This document shows, one piece after another, positions 25,316-39,095 of a DNA stretch of 64,000 nt (position 1 is its first letter; the number at the start of each line of letters is the position of its first letter). The notes beneath the pieces are model-generated. The model was not told where the DNA came from and ran no database searches. It was given only the letters and a program-made list of their open reading frames with translations. This DNA is from Eledone cirrhosa. Its lineage: Eukaryota. The position numbers and the translations under genes are program-made. Where the stretch lies: NCBI GenBank assembly GCA_964016885.1, contig OZ024741.1, positions 114,762,001 through 114,826,000 on the forward strand, in the 5' to 3' direction.

Positions 25316-26860
25316 TAACATTAATAACTTGAATATTGTCTGCTATTTACTTCCTCAACTTAGATTATTTTATAGCAAACTGATTCGCAGAGTATTGTTC
25401 ACCACCTCTAGAAATGAATCTATGATAGAATACACCAGAGTAGAGCAGAGTTCTTTTTCAATACTTTCTTTAGATTGGCGCATTCTTTATAAGAGCTACT
25501 GTTTCTTGCTGTCTATTACGAATAAAACTGAAATAAAAGGAAATAAAAAAAAAACAGAATATATATAAAAGAGAGTGGCATGAGAAAAGAAAAAGAATGA
25601 AATAAAAAGTTATGTAAAGGTGAGAAGAAAGAAGCAAAAGAAAAAACGAGAGAGTGAAAGTGTATGCGTGTGGAGTGTATTTTTAAGATCTCGATCGATG
25701 TTCTTTGTGTTGTCATTTGAGTGGTACTATTTTGTAGAGGGACTCGTTAAAACGTCGGATAGAATACTCTGCGGTATTCGTTCCTGCTCTCTGTGTCCCA
25801 AGTTCAACTCAAGCTATAGTAGAAAGCACTTGCCCAAGGTAACGCACAGCGAAATGGAATCTAGAACTACATGTTTGCGAAACAAACTGCTTAAACGCAC
25901 AGCCATGTCTGCACCTAGAGTTTCACTGGTGGTGTAAAGTGCAACAACACAGCTTTCGCAGAAATTCTCAGAGACAAGAAATTTATGATTCATGATGTGG
26001 GATGAAAGAATTACTATTCACTGAGATAGGAGCGAGACAAGGTGTCGAAGAAGATGCATAAGCAATCAAGGCGTCTGTTTTCATTGCCTTTGAGATGCTG
26101 GAAGTTATGTTGCTTTTACTTTCTGGCACACACTGAGAGTAGCTTAGCTAGAATATATGTAGCCCGAGGGAATACCATGCGTTTGCCCCTCCCCCCACCA
26201 CATACTCAAATATTGTATAGTTTCCCTCTACTTTCAAAGATAATGTAGGTAATGGTACATCCAGCTTTCAAATAATGCTTCTTTAAATCCTGGATAACGG
26301 TAGGCCCGGCATTGGAATAACATTGTTTCAAATCACTTCACTCTATTTTCAAATCAAAAGTAGATATATGTGAATACAAACATTTAATAATTAGTTTGGA
26401 ATACAAAATATAATCTAGAAACTAAAAATATTAACCAAGTTAAATGTAAAGGCTGGAAGGTGTAAGTTTGTCTTAGAGCGAGAGGTGCCGAGCAGGGTTT
26501 TAAGTCGAAGATGCTAGGTAAAGCCCACTGGGGTTGGTGTCGAGGAGAGAATATTGTTCACCGGTTTCATTGTCAGAAATTAACCAGCGACTAGATCACT
26601 TTAGCACTTCACATCTATGTGTGTGTATGTGTATGCGTGTTTGGGTGTGAATATATACATATGTATGTGTGCATGTGCATGTGTGTGGTCTTTCAAATTA
26701 CAACTTACAAAATACTAAAATGGAGTTGGACCATCGTCTGTTTTAATGATAAATATTCCGGTTGTTCGTTAAACCGAACACAGTCTGATCGTGAAATTAA
26801 TGAACAAATAGCCGAACATTTCATAGATACCATCTTCAGTAGAATTCAGCGTGACATATT

Positions 26861-27061
26861 CAGACATGCCAACCTCTAAAATCCAAACGGGAGTACCATG
26901 ATAAAAATTTAAAAAATGCCCCAAAACGGGGAGAAATTGGGAAAAATGGGGAGATTTTACATAATGAAAGTTATGCCCCTTTTTACATGAGAAGATATCT
27001 ATCATCCACCCCGAAGTGGGTGGGAGATCTCCACGTCCGACGGGGAGAATTGACAGGTCTG
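26861..27061. mobile_element. hAT-type MITE
   Basis: Imperfect TIRs CAGACATGCCAAC / ATTGACAGGTCTG; no clear TSD. Confidence 0.5.
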
Positions 27062-28261
27062 CACTTGTCTAACGTGCCGTACCGTGGGTCTGACCCTAAA
27101 ACCACATGACTGTGAAGTGATTTCCTTAACCATACAACCATGCTTGTTTTCACAAAATATATTTCTTTTCACATATCTATATACATCATTCCGCATACTT
27201 TTATTCTTTTTCTATTTTTCACTCTAATTGTTTGATGTATGAATGAGGTTATAAAAAAGTATTGTAAAATGACATTTTATTAATTATTTGAATACTTGTA
27301 AAGATTCTTTAAAAAGCCTTGTAGCATACATAGATATTAGATCTTCATAAAACTACTTTAATCTACATACTTTTAGAGTACCGTATCAGTTAAATAAGTT
27401 TCTTCTCCTTCTTCTCTGGAAAATTGGCTGTGTTCATAGCTGGAAAGATGATTGGTTCCACCAGGTTTAAATTAAGCAAGGCAAGCTGTACGGTACGTCT
27501 ACAATTCAACTATACATACATCACGCTTGATAAAGAGAAGATAACAATCCTCACTATAATGACGGTAGCTATGGTTCGAAAGCCACAACTCACGCTCTAC
27601 ATATAGCTGTCATATATTACACATAATACATTTCTTTATTCTTTTACTTGATTGTAAACATCCTGCCGAAGTTAGCTTTGCCTTTCATCCTTACGGGGTC
27701 GAGCTTATAAAAATCATTGTAAAATGACATTTTTCGAAGTATTTGAATACTTGTAAAGATTCTTTAAAATATCTTCTAGTATACATATATGTTTGACAAG
27801 CATTTCTTCATAAAACTGCTTTAACCTACACACTTTTAGAGCAAATGTTCTCAACGGGGGGGGGGGGGGGGGGGCATATGCCCTCCGGGTGGCGTTTCAG
27901 AGCTCCAGGGGCGTTTTGGAGCAAGGGGGCGTTAGGGGGGCGTTTGAAGCTTTGTGGGGCGCGAGGCTATTTACTTTGGTAAGTTTTATAAGCTATATTT
28001 GTACGTCTCTGAGGCAGCCAGTGTGAATGCATTTGAATGAAGAAAACGAAGAAAATAAATAAAAGAAGCTTGTCAACGAATTCCCTAGGGAGATAAAAAA
28101 AAACGAAAGAAATCAAAGAAAATGAATATAAGGACAACGTCAACTTTTACAACAGTTACAAGAACAACAGAAACGACAAGAAAAAGAAGCAATGGTGATG
28201 AAAGGTGTTTGGGTATACATATACACACATACAATCATACACACACATGCATACGTACATA

Positions 28262-28678
28262 CATGGTGACTGCCAACTCGTTTTCGAGCACGGCCACTAC
28301 TTTATATCCATGTAGGAGAACCCCTACTGATGCGCTGAACGAGTGTGACTTTTTAGTCCAGCCAGCGACTTGAAAACTCTGGTACAAACACTACACTTGT
28401 GACAATTACTGACACATAGTGCTGGGCCCATTGTACTCTGTGATGACAAGTGCAGAGAGATCTCCAGATATAAAGCAATTCCTGTGCCGTGAAGCTTTTA
28501 TAGTGAGCAAAGGCACTGCACAAAGCCAGTCCCACTCTCTTAACCAAGATGATATTTACCAAAAAGAAGAACAAGTCAACATCATTGGATACCATCAGGG
28601 TTGCAGGTGTTATATCAGAGTTTTCCTTCTCCTAGAATTCTGCCTTGACAAAGGCTAAGGGGTCATCTCTCCCGGAAG
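28262..28678 (-). mobile_element. Short non-autonomous RTE-derived retroposon
   Basis: 3' end tggccgtgctcgaaaacgagttggcag plus (TATG) tail resembles the RTE end at 54247-54281; 5' part resembles 47310-47540; truncated copy at 30065-30350. Confidence 0.6.
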
Positions 28679-29096
28679 ATATATATATATATATATATAT
28701 ACATATATATATCCACACATATATACATACATATACATATATATATACATATAGATACATATATATACATATATATATACATATATATATACATATATAT
28801 ATACATACATATTCATATATATATATACATATATATATACATATATACATATATATATATACATAAATATATATACATACATATATACACCTATATACAT
28901 GTACATATACACACATATACACATACATAATCACACATATACATACACATATACATATATATATACATACATATATACATATATATACACACATATATAC
29001 ATACATATACATATATATATATACACACATACATATACATATACATACATATATACATATACATACACATATACATATACATATATATACATACAT

Positions 29097-29158
<62 letters not shown>

Positions 29159-29716
29159 ATACATATATACATATACATATATATATACATATATACATAT
29201 ACATATATATATACATATATACATATACATATATATATACATATATACATTACATATACATATATATACATATATACATATATATATACATATATATATA
29301 CATATACATATATATATATATACATATACACACATATATACATATATATATATACATATATATATATACATATACATATATATACATATACATATACATA
29401 TACATATATATATACATATACACATACATACATATACATACACATATACATATATATATACATATACGCACATATATATACATATACACATACATACACA
29501 TATACATACACATATACACATATATATACATATACACACATATATACATATATTTATACATATACATATATATATACATATACATATATATATATACATA
29601 TACACATACATACACATACATATACATACACATATACATATATATATATATATACATATACATACACATATACATATACATACATATACATATATATATA
29701 TACATATACATATATA

Positions 29717-29748
<32 letters not shown>

Positions 29749-30065
29749 CATATATACACATATACATACATATACATATATATACATATATATATATATA
29801 TACATATACATACATATATATATACACATATACATCACATACATATACATAATATACACATATATATACATATACATAGATATATATATATACACATATA
29901 CATATACATAGATATACATACACACATATATATATAGATATATATACACATACATATATATATATATACACATACATACACATACATATATACATATATA
30001 TACATATACATACATACATATACATATATATATACATATACATATATATATATACATATACATAT
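28679..30065. repeat. 1.4-kb (TA)/(TACA) microsatellite
   Basis: Direct reading. Confidence 0.95.
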
Positions 30066-30540
30066 GGAGGCTGCCAACTCGTTCTCGAGTACAGCCACTA
30101 CTTTATATCCATGTAGGAGAACCCCTACTGATGCGCTGAACGAGTGTGACTTTTTAGTCCAGCCAGCGACTTGAAAACTCTGGTACAAACACTACACTTG
30201 TGACAATTACTGACACATAGTGCTGGGCCCATTGTACTCTGTGATGACAAGTGCAGAGAGATCTCCAGATATAAAGCAATGCCTGTGCCGTGAAGCTTTT
30301 ATAGTGAGCAAAGGCACTGCACAAAGCCAGTCCCACTCTCTTAACCAAGATACATACATACACACACATATACACACACACAGGCCGGCGTTGGTGTTTG
30401 ATGAGGTTGAGAGCCTGGTCAGCTTTCAGCCAGAAGTGTGGTATTTAATCTCCCTAGGTAATAAAATCTGGAGACACAATTCTCTCCTTACCAGAAAAAA
30501 ACAAAAAACATATATCATGTAAACATCCTTACGCACTTAA

Positions 30541-30682
30541 GTATAAATGCATGTTTATATACAAATGTATAAATGCATGTTTATATACAAAAGTATAAAT
30601 GCATGTTTATATACAAATGTATAAATGCATGTTTATATACAAATGTATAAGTGCATGTTTATATACAAATGTATAAATGCAT
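30541..30682. repeat. 26-bp minisatellite, about 5.5 copies
   Basis: Unit gtataaatgcatgtttatatacaaat. Confidence 0.9.
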
Positions 30683-30730
30683 AGCTATATACATAGGTAA
30701 ATCTATGTATGTATATATGTGTGTATGTAG

Positions 30731-30791
<61 letters not shown>

Positions 30792-30792
<1 letters not shown>

Positions 30793-31012
30793 ACGAGTAG
30801 GACCCCAACGGCTGAGCTCAAGCCGTTTCGACGGCTAATTCTGGACTAAATGAACATTTTTATCCTGGATAAAAGCCGTTTCGACGGCTAATTCTGGACT
30901 AAATGAAAATTTTTATCCTGGATAAAAATTTTTATCCAGGATAAAAATGTTCATTTAGTCCAGAATTAGCCGTCGAAACGGCTTGAGCTCAGCCGTCGGG
31001 GTCCTACTCGTT
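30792..31012. repeat. Fold-back inverted repeat with internal ~53-bp duplication
   Basis: aacgagtaggacccc...ggggtcctactcgtt; centre aaaaattttt near 30928. Confidence 0.9.
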
Positions 31013-31094
31013 CCTATTACCCACTCTACTACCCTAAGTATTGAGTACTTTGGTGCGTTATGGTCCACCTGGTTCCTTACCACATTTCCTCCGT

Positions 31095-31125
<31 letters not shown>

Positions 31126-31407
31126 CACACACATACAGACACACACACATATATATATATATTTTCTTTTTGCAGTCTGGTCTACCTCTGTTGGTAGGGT
31201 CCGTACCGTAAATAGGACTCAATGTAATCTTGTAAAATCCATAGAGAAGTTCTGTTTCGCTGAATTAATTATTTAGATACAGAGTCAGATATTAGGTATT
31301 AAATTAACAATACAAATAAAAACAAAGTTATAAAGTAACTTGACTTTGTTCTTTTTATTTTCATTGTTAACATGAAAACGCACACACGCACACACACGCA
31401 CGCACAC

Positions 31408-31775
<368 letters not shown>

Positions 31776-31917
31776 AAGTAAAGTGTATATATATATATAT
31801 ATATGTGAGTGTGTATGTATGTAGAAGGGGCATCTCAAACTCAAGGACATAAAAGGGCCATTACGTCCTGGAGGAGAGGCACTAGGCCAAACGTGGTGGC
31901 GGGTGATCATTTTTACG

Positions 31918-32150
31918 AGTTATAATCATTTCTACTATAGGCACAAGGCATGAAATTTAGGGTCTCGTTGATTACATCGATCCCAGTTCACAACTGGTAT
32001 TTAATTTATCGACCCAAAAGGATGAAAGGCAAAGTTGAGATCGGCGGAATTTGAACTCGGAACGTAAAAGCGGAAGAAGTACCGCTAAGCATTTCGCCAG
32101 ATGTGGTTACGATTCCACCAGCTCACCGCCTTATTTCCACCAGTTATAAT
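31918..32150 (-). mobile_element. SINE with 9-bp TSD inside a hAT MITE (~31825-32221)
   Basis: agttataat on both sides; host MITE ends gggccgcatgtttgagccccctg. Confidence 0.75.
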
Positions 32151-33052
32151 GGAATCTGAAATATTGGTTCTACCACGGGCCATAGAAAAGTAGCTCGCGG
32201 GCCGCATGTTTGAGCCCCCTGTTGGAGAGATAGATAGATAGACGTGTACCAAACACACACATATCTTAATCTCTCTGTCTCTCCCTCTTTCTCTCTCTTT
32301 CTATATATATATACAGCGTTGTTATTTGACGTTGTTGAAAAGAGCAGTGGCCTTTGACCCGGCAATAAAAACTGGAGACAAAATTCTTTCTGTACCAAAA
32401 ACAAAGCACACGCAGACACACACACATTTGTTTGTGTGTGTGTGTGTGTGTGTGTGTTAGTTTGCGCGCGCGTGTGTGTATCTATCTATGTATGTATATA
32501 TAAGGATACAGATATTGTTTGATCACTGTCACTAAGCATCTCAATTCATTCGTTGCAACTATGTTTCTGACCGAGGAACTTTATTTTGCAAGGTACTATT
32601 TTACCCTTTCAAGAGAAAGGTAAGAAATTCTTCATATTTTGCATCTTTTGTATTTTACAGTTTGAATTGTAGAATTTTCTATCCACTCAATATATTACAA
32701 CAGCTAACAGTAAAATATAGAATTTAAAAAAAAAGCTTTTTCAACTGAAATCAAATCTTTGAAAACATTCACGTCTATTTTTCAAAAATATATAATTTGA
32801 AATAGTTTGCTTTTGTTTTGGACTGAAACTTTTTTGTATTTAATTCGTACGAGTATTTTTTAAAGATTTTTTTAAAGATTCTAACATAACTTGATTTGGC
32901 CCACTAATCTACTGCTATCAAAATCAGTAGTATATTGAAAAATGGAAAAATAGGGTAGAGGGGCGTTTCGTGATTTCGAAGAGGGGTCGAAATAGGTTGA
33001 GAACCTTTGTTTTAGAGTATCGTATCAGTTAAAGAAGTTTCTTCTTCTTCTC

Positions 33053-33083
33053 CTACTACTACTACTAATACTACTACTAGTAT

Positions 33084-33116
<33 letters not shown>

Positions 33117-33209
33117 CACAACCACGACTACCACCACTACAACCACCATCACCACCACCACGACTACTACTACTACCATTACCACCACCACCACCACTGC
33201 TACTACTAC

Positions 33210-33248
<39 letters not shown>

Positions 33249-33250
33249 TT
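33053..33250. repeat. (TAC)n/(CAC)n microsatellite
   Basis: Direct reading. Confidence 0.9.
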
Positions 33251-34585
33251 GTTTCATATATACATATACGTTTCCGATTCAACACCTTTTATTCACATAT
33301 CTTTTATCAATTATTAACAAAAAATCTCTGTCTCTTTGATAGTTTATATTTATTTCGATATTTATTTTTCCTAAATTTCTTCACTCATTTAACTCAGCAT
33401 TCTGTACAACATAAAACAGTATTACCAAAACATGAAAACCTCTAAATGCACAAATTCAATGTACACACAAACACATATATACACTTATATGTGTTTAAGT
33501 GAAAGTATATGTTAAGTAGAAGTATACGTGTATGCTTGTGTATGTGTCGGCGCAGGTGTGTATGTGTGGATGCATGTGTGTGTAAATGTGTGTGGATGCA
33601 TGTGTGGATGCATGTGTGTGTATGTGTGCAAATGTGTGTGTATGTGTTTGGATGTGTGCGTACATGTGTGTGTGGGTTTGTATGTATATGTGTATGTGTA
33701 TCCTCGTGTGTATATTTGAGTGTGTTTGTGTGTGTGTGTGTGATTTTTGTGCTGATCTGCTATAGAAAGCAATAATATTTTTAGTTAGCAGTAACCTTTT
33801 AAAATATTATTTTCATTTTTTTCATTACGACCAGAACAAAATAAATCTATTCTTTTGAATATTTTGTGATTCGAATGGCAATTTAATTCCCAAGCTTTTA
33901 TTAGCATTGAAAACCATGTGTCGTCTAAATATAGAAATATTATGTCGTCTGCAAATAATGTTGAATAAAATGTGAGTTGTTAAAAATGTGATCAGCATTT
34001 AATGGAGAAGACAGATACCGTCGTCTGGTCACTCGATATTTCTTATGATGAAGTTACAATAATCTTTTTCTCTGTGTCACAAACATATGGAATGGAATGG
34101 ACTGCTGTCGGTTACGACGACGAGTGTTCCAGTTGTTCGATCAACGGAGGTGGATTTCATATTGGAATCCTACTGCGTGGCATTTTGGGAAAGTGTCATT
34201 TACCATAGCCTAGGGTTAAAACATGCCTTATGAGTGAAATTGGGTTAAACACGAACTTTTTGGAAGCCCGACAGGTGTAATGTACCTTTAATCCAAATGC
34301 CAAGCCTTGTCATGCATTGTATCACGCTGAATTACTCAGAGAACGACTTGAAGGATACACATATCGATGGAAGTATCAGCTACTTAAATATTGATTTCAC
34401 GAAAAGGCTGTTCCGCAAAAACATAGATTTGAACATAAGATTTGTTTTTCTTTTCCCCCTTATCTAACTGTATCACCATTAATCAAATCAAACTAACAAT
34501 CCCCACTAGGTCCAGTAATTACAGACACAAATACTATCTAGGCTGAGATAAAATCACTTAACACAACAGGCTCACGAAACCTATA

Positions 34586-34807
34586 CAGGGTGTTACAAAA
34601 AATTAGATATCAATTGCTTGTTCCCAAGGTTGTCACATTAAAAAATGTATTGTGAATTAGTGTGTTGTAAATTATAATGTTGACAACATTTGAGGAATAA
34701 ATCTTATGTTGCTCAACATTAAGCCTGCTCAGTAGCATTAACCCAGACTTTTTAGTTTCTGTGATATTTACATCTCAAATAATATCTAATATTTTGAAAC
34801 AACACAT
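34586..34807. mobile_element. Tc1/mariner-type MITE, decayed right TIR
   Basis: TA|CAGGGTGTTACAAAAAATTAGATAT ... ATATCTAATATTTTGAAACAAC. Confidence 0.6.
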
Positions 34808-35384
34808 ATATATATATATATATATATAAACATACATATATATATACACACACACACATGTATATATGTCTATTGGCTTAATTGAAATTACTGCAGGCGT
34901 AAACCGTATTCAGCAATTGATGTGATAATGTAATTCCAAATCGAAGCCCTATCGACATAAGAGGTGCAAGATATTATCATTATGTTTAAATTTATATTTA
35001 TTTTTTTATTTTTTAGTTTTTATTCTCATTTTATATTCTGCAGGCATTTTACCGATACTCTCCAAATAATGTCATATTTATTACCAGAAATATATTTTGT
35101 TTTATCACGGAGAGTCATTGATGCAGAGAAGAATTAATGCTATTTCTCAAACACAATTTGGAAATTTGTTACTAAAAACCATTGATACTTTTACAATGAC
35201 ATTTACAGTATTGAATTAGGTTTGATTTGATGGTACGCATAGGTAAATAGTTTCGAAAACTAAATCAACAACAACTAAACTAGCCAATAATTATTATATC
35301 AGCTACAAGACACCAATAATGGGAGTAAAAATGTATCAGCTTACTTCACTTCGTCTCTCGTTTTGATATGTATGTATGCATGTT

Positions 35385-35447
<63 letters not shown>

Positions 35448-35460
35448 ACACGTATGTATG

Positions 35461-35511
<51 letters not shown>

Positions 35512-35524
35512 ACACGTATGTATG

Positions 35525-35563
<39 letters not shown>

Positions 35564-35592
35564 ACATGTATGTATGTATGTATGTATATATG

Positions 35593-35664
<72 letters not shown>

Positions 35665-35666
<2 letters not shown>

Positions 35667-36530
35667 AACTACTACGAAATAATAATTCAGAGTCCCGAAA
35701 CTAATACGAGATAATAATTCAGAATCCCGAAAAAGAATACTAATACTATATATAAGGGTGCCGCTACGATACAAAAATTCTAATACAAACTACATAGGTG
35801 CTCGTACGATATATATGAAAAATTTGATACGGACAAATAATTCAGATTCTCCCCTCCTCCTCCCACCCGAAAAAAATAATAAATACTGATATACGAGAAT
35901 CTAAAGCAGAGAAACCACTAAGAAAAGTAGAAAGCTCGGAAATAGGGCAGCCATCGGGTAAGAAAGCAAGTATCTGGGGTCTATCACATCTGCTATAAAA
36001 AGTGGAGTCGGCCAATTCTATCATAAAATAGGGGATGGGGGTGGGGGTACTGAGACTACAAAGGACCTAAGGGCTGCCTCAGGGTGGGCGGGAAAGTGAA
36101 AAGGACGACGACAAAGAGGGAGAACTGGGGTGGAAGGACTAAGAAGGGAAGAAGGACTAAGGGGGAAGAAGGAAATATAGAGGAAACGATAAAAAGATAT
36201 AAGAGAAAATCTTACGTCTACCTTTGCAAGCGCGGGTTACCCATTACAAAGTCGGCAAGTGGGGTGTTACAGCCTTTGTCTACCCCCCGGTCATTATGGG
36301 GTTTGAGGGTGAGGTAAGTCCTACGCAATCTGTGTTTGCATGCAGTTACCAGTTCGTCTTTCTTGTTTAGGAGTTGGTCCTTCGAAAACAGCATTTGTAA
36401 AGTTTCCTCCGAGCATAAATTGCACTGACGGCGTCCTCCCGTGTAAGAGTTGGCTCTGGACAGTATCTCCAAGTGACATCATAGGTAATATTATTATCTT
36501 TGAGGTCCCAGATGTGGCCCGAAAGTGTGG
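35665..36530 (-). mobile_element. Penelope-like element 3' fragment (endonuclease C-terminus and 3' UTR)
   Basis: WEILSRANSY...CNLCSEE...LLNKKDELVTACKH; pyrimidine-rich UTR ending at (TA)n. Confidence 0.7.
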
Positions 36531-37272
36531 TTGCAATACACTTTATGCTTAATTAAAAGCATTTTGAAGACCGTAAGCTATTGTTTTAAAGTAGTGACAA
36601 ATTCACTCACTTTGATCTCAGCAAACAGGGGAGATAAGCCGACATGACATGTTTCGCTTTGGTTGAAGCCTATCAAGGCCAACTACCCCACCTGTCTACT
36701 GAGATCAATGATGTTATATTCTTATAGAAATCTAGTAAATAACCAGGAGCTGATTATGCAGAGCGGTTGTTGGCCAGGCAGAAATTAAAAATTAGAATTG
36801 GAGCTCTGAAATAGCAATATATATATGGATGTATATATAATGTTTTTTTGCAATACACTTTATGCTTAATTAAAAGCATTTTGAAGACCGTAAGCTATTG
36901 TTTTAAAGTAGTGACAAATTCACTCACTTTGAGTGAATTTGTCACTACTTTAAAACAATAGCTTACCTTACCTGGCCAACAACCGCTCTGCATAATCAGC
37001 TCCTGATTATTTACTAGATTTCTATAAGAATATAACATCATTGATCTCAGTAGATAGGTGGGGTAGTTGGCCTTGATAGGCTTCAACCAAAGCGAAACAT
37101 GTCATGTCGGCTTATCTCCCCTGTTTGCTGAGATCAAAGTGAGTGAATTTGTCACTACTTTAAAACAATAGCTTACGGTCTTCAAAATGCTTTTAATTAA
37201 GCATAAAGTGTATTGCAAAATACATTATATATACATCCATATATATATTGCTATTTCAGAGCTCCAATTCTA
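36531..37272. repeat. ~317-bp unit in partial tandem plus inverted copies
   Basis: 36531 recurs at 36848; 36931-37272 is the reverse complement of the unit. Confidence 0.85.
37070..37111 (+). ncRNA. Variant minimal hammerhead motif (mirror copy at 36638-36679, minus strand)
   Basis: gcc-TTGATAG-gctt/caacca/aagc-GAAA-catgtcatg-TC-ggc. Confidence 0.55.
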
Positions 37273-37299
37273 ATATATATATATGTATATATATACGCT

Positions 37300-38520
37300 T
37301 ATGTATTTGTTCTGCTGATTATGCTGTGGAGAAATGGATGGAGAGGATCAGTGCGAGTGATGTGGAATTCCAAGGTGTTGATACTGAGGAACTGGGCCTC
37401 CTCTTTAGACCTACCTGTGACAGAGAATATCTAGATTAATACAACTATAGCTGTTTCTGCCCCAGTAGACGTGTAAGAAGCAGCAAACCTCCCACCATCC
37501 CCTCAAAGGTCAAAAGGACCCCCATGAAAAGATGGAGCGAGTGGATGAGAGCCACACGGACCTCCTAAAAACAGAACTAGGTGAGAAGAATGATCGCACA
37601 TGCGGTGGGAGCTACTATTAAAACCATCCTAAAGTGCCATGTGTTTAAGTTCAATAATAAAACATACGCCCAACAAGATGGATCAGCCATCGGCGTCAAT
37701 GTTGTTGGTGATGTGGCCAATCTGTTCTTGGTGTAGTGGGATAGGAGACCCAAGGAACGTTTAGTTGAGAACTCCGTTGCAAGAGCTATTTACTCTTGCT
37801 ATCTTGATGATATCAATTTAGTGGTTGGAACTAGAAGCTAACACCATGAAGAGCCTCCAACAAATAGCTAACTCCATCCACCAGATAATTACCTACTAAG
37901 CCCCCCAACCATAGATTACCCGTGTTAGACACTGAACTCTGGATCGAAACTAAGAAAGATAAAGCCCAAATCCTGCATTTACATCCTACCAAACCCATGG
38001 CCTCCAAGTACCTGATCCAACGGAGAAGGTCAACTCATGGCATGCCAGCCAAAAATATCAGAGTATCATGTTCGTGGATGCTACCTCTAACGGCAAACTA
38101 GCGTGTCGTTTTATAAGAGCTTTAGACGAAATGAACCTTAGGATTAAAGTAGTAGAAAAACTAGGTGCTACCATAAAATCCCTGTACTGATAAAAAATGT
38201 ATAGTCTGTAAAATAATCCCACAAATAAACTGCTAAACTAGAAATGTAGTCTATAGGATACGATGTACAGAGGGACGATACAGAAACCAGACAAGAGAGA
38301 GAAATAAAAAATAGGAGAGAAATTAAAAGAATACTGGCGAGAACTCAAGGGAGAGAAAGGTTCTTCAGTGCTATACTAACATGTCTAACTAGAACACGGG
38401 GCCTTAATAGATAACATAGAAATAATGATCTTATCCACACATAGAACTGATGCAGCACAAAAGACAAGATGGAGTAGAAGTTTAAGACCAGTTAAAGGAA
38501 GAGGCACAAAACAGATGGTC
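37300..38520 (+). pseudogene. Decayed PLE RT-EN, same family as 12072-13595
   Basis: FNNKTYAQQDGSAIG, YLDDI, RLPVLDTELWI, KPMASKYLI, MFVDATSNGKLA with many stops and frameshifts. Confidence 0.8.
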
Positions 38521-38909
38521 ATTTCACAGATTCTCTAACGAAAGAACTTTGACAAACGAATGAATAACGAACAATAAAGTTAAAGATTAAGTGAAAATTA
38601 TATGGCGCATGTGTTTCTTTCTATTGGCAAGATTGGCAACATGACGACCCCCCTATAATATGTCTATATATATATATATATGTATAATCATGAATGTACG
38701 TACGTATATATTTTTTTTTATTCTAGATACTCTACCAAAGCAATGTAGATCTAATATTCTACGTGGCCCAGCTTTCACAGTAGAATCTAAGTATCATATC
38801 ATTAAGTGGAATATTATATATTATGTATGTTGAACCCCACTACTTGGCATCTCGCTTTTAATATAATATATGTGTAACGGTATCACTTAGGTTATTAGAA
38901 AAAATATCA

Positions 38910-39095
38910 CCAAGTCGTCATCATCATCATCATCGATGGCATCGTCGTCCTCGTCGTCATTGTCACTGTCATCATCATCATCATCGTTGTCGTCGTCGTC
39001 GTCGTCATCAACGTCAACGCCATCGTCGTCGTTGTCGTCGTCATCGTCATCGTCAACGTGATCGTCAACGTCAACGTCGTAGTCGTCGTCATCGC
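38910..39095. repeat. Degenerate (GTC/ATC)n repeat
   Basis: Direct reading. Confidence 0.85.

Noticed and set aside
27424-27606. Duplicated 60-aa ORF (also 43627-43809)
   Set aside because: Non-ATG start, lies in SINE-tail-derived duplicated sequence
28632-30188. Long [12 protein letters not shown] ORFs here and at 61-525, 35341-35774 and 55166-60132
   Set aside because: Translations of stop-poor dinucleotide microsatellites
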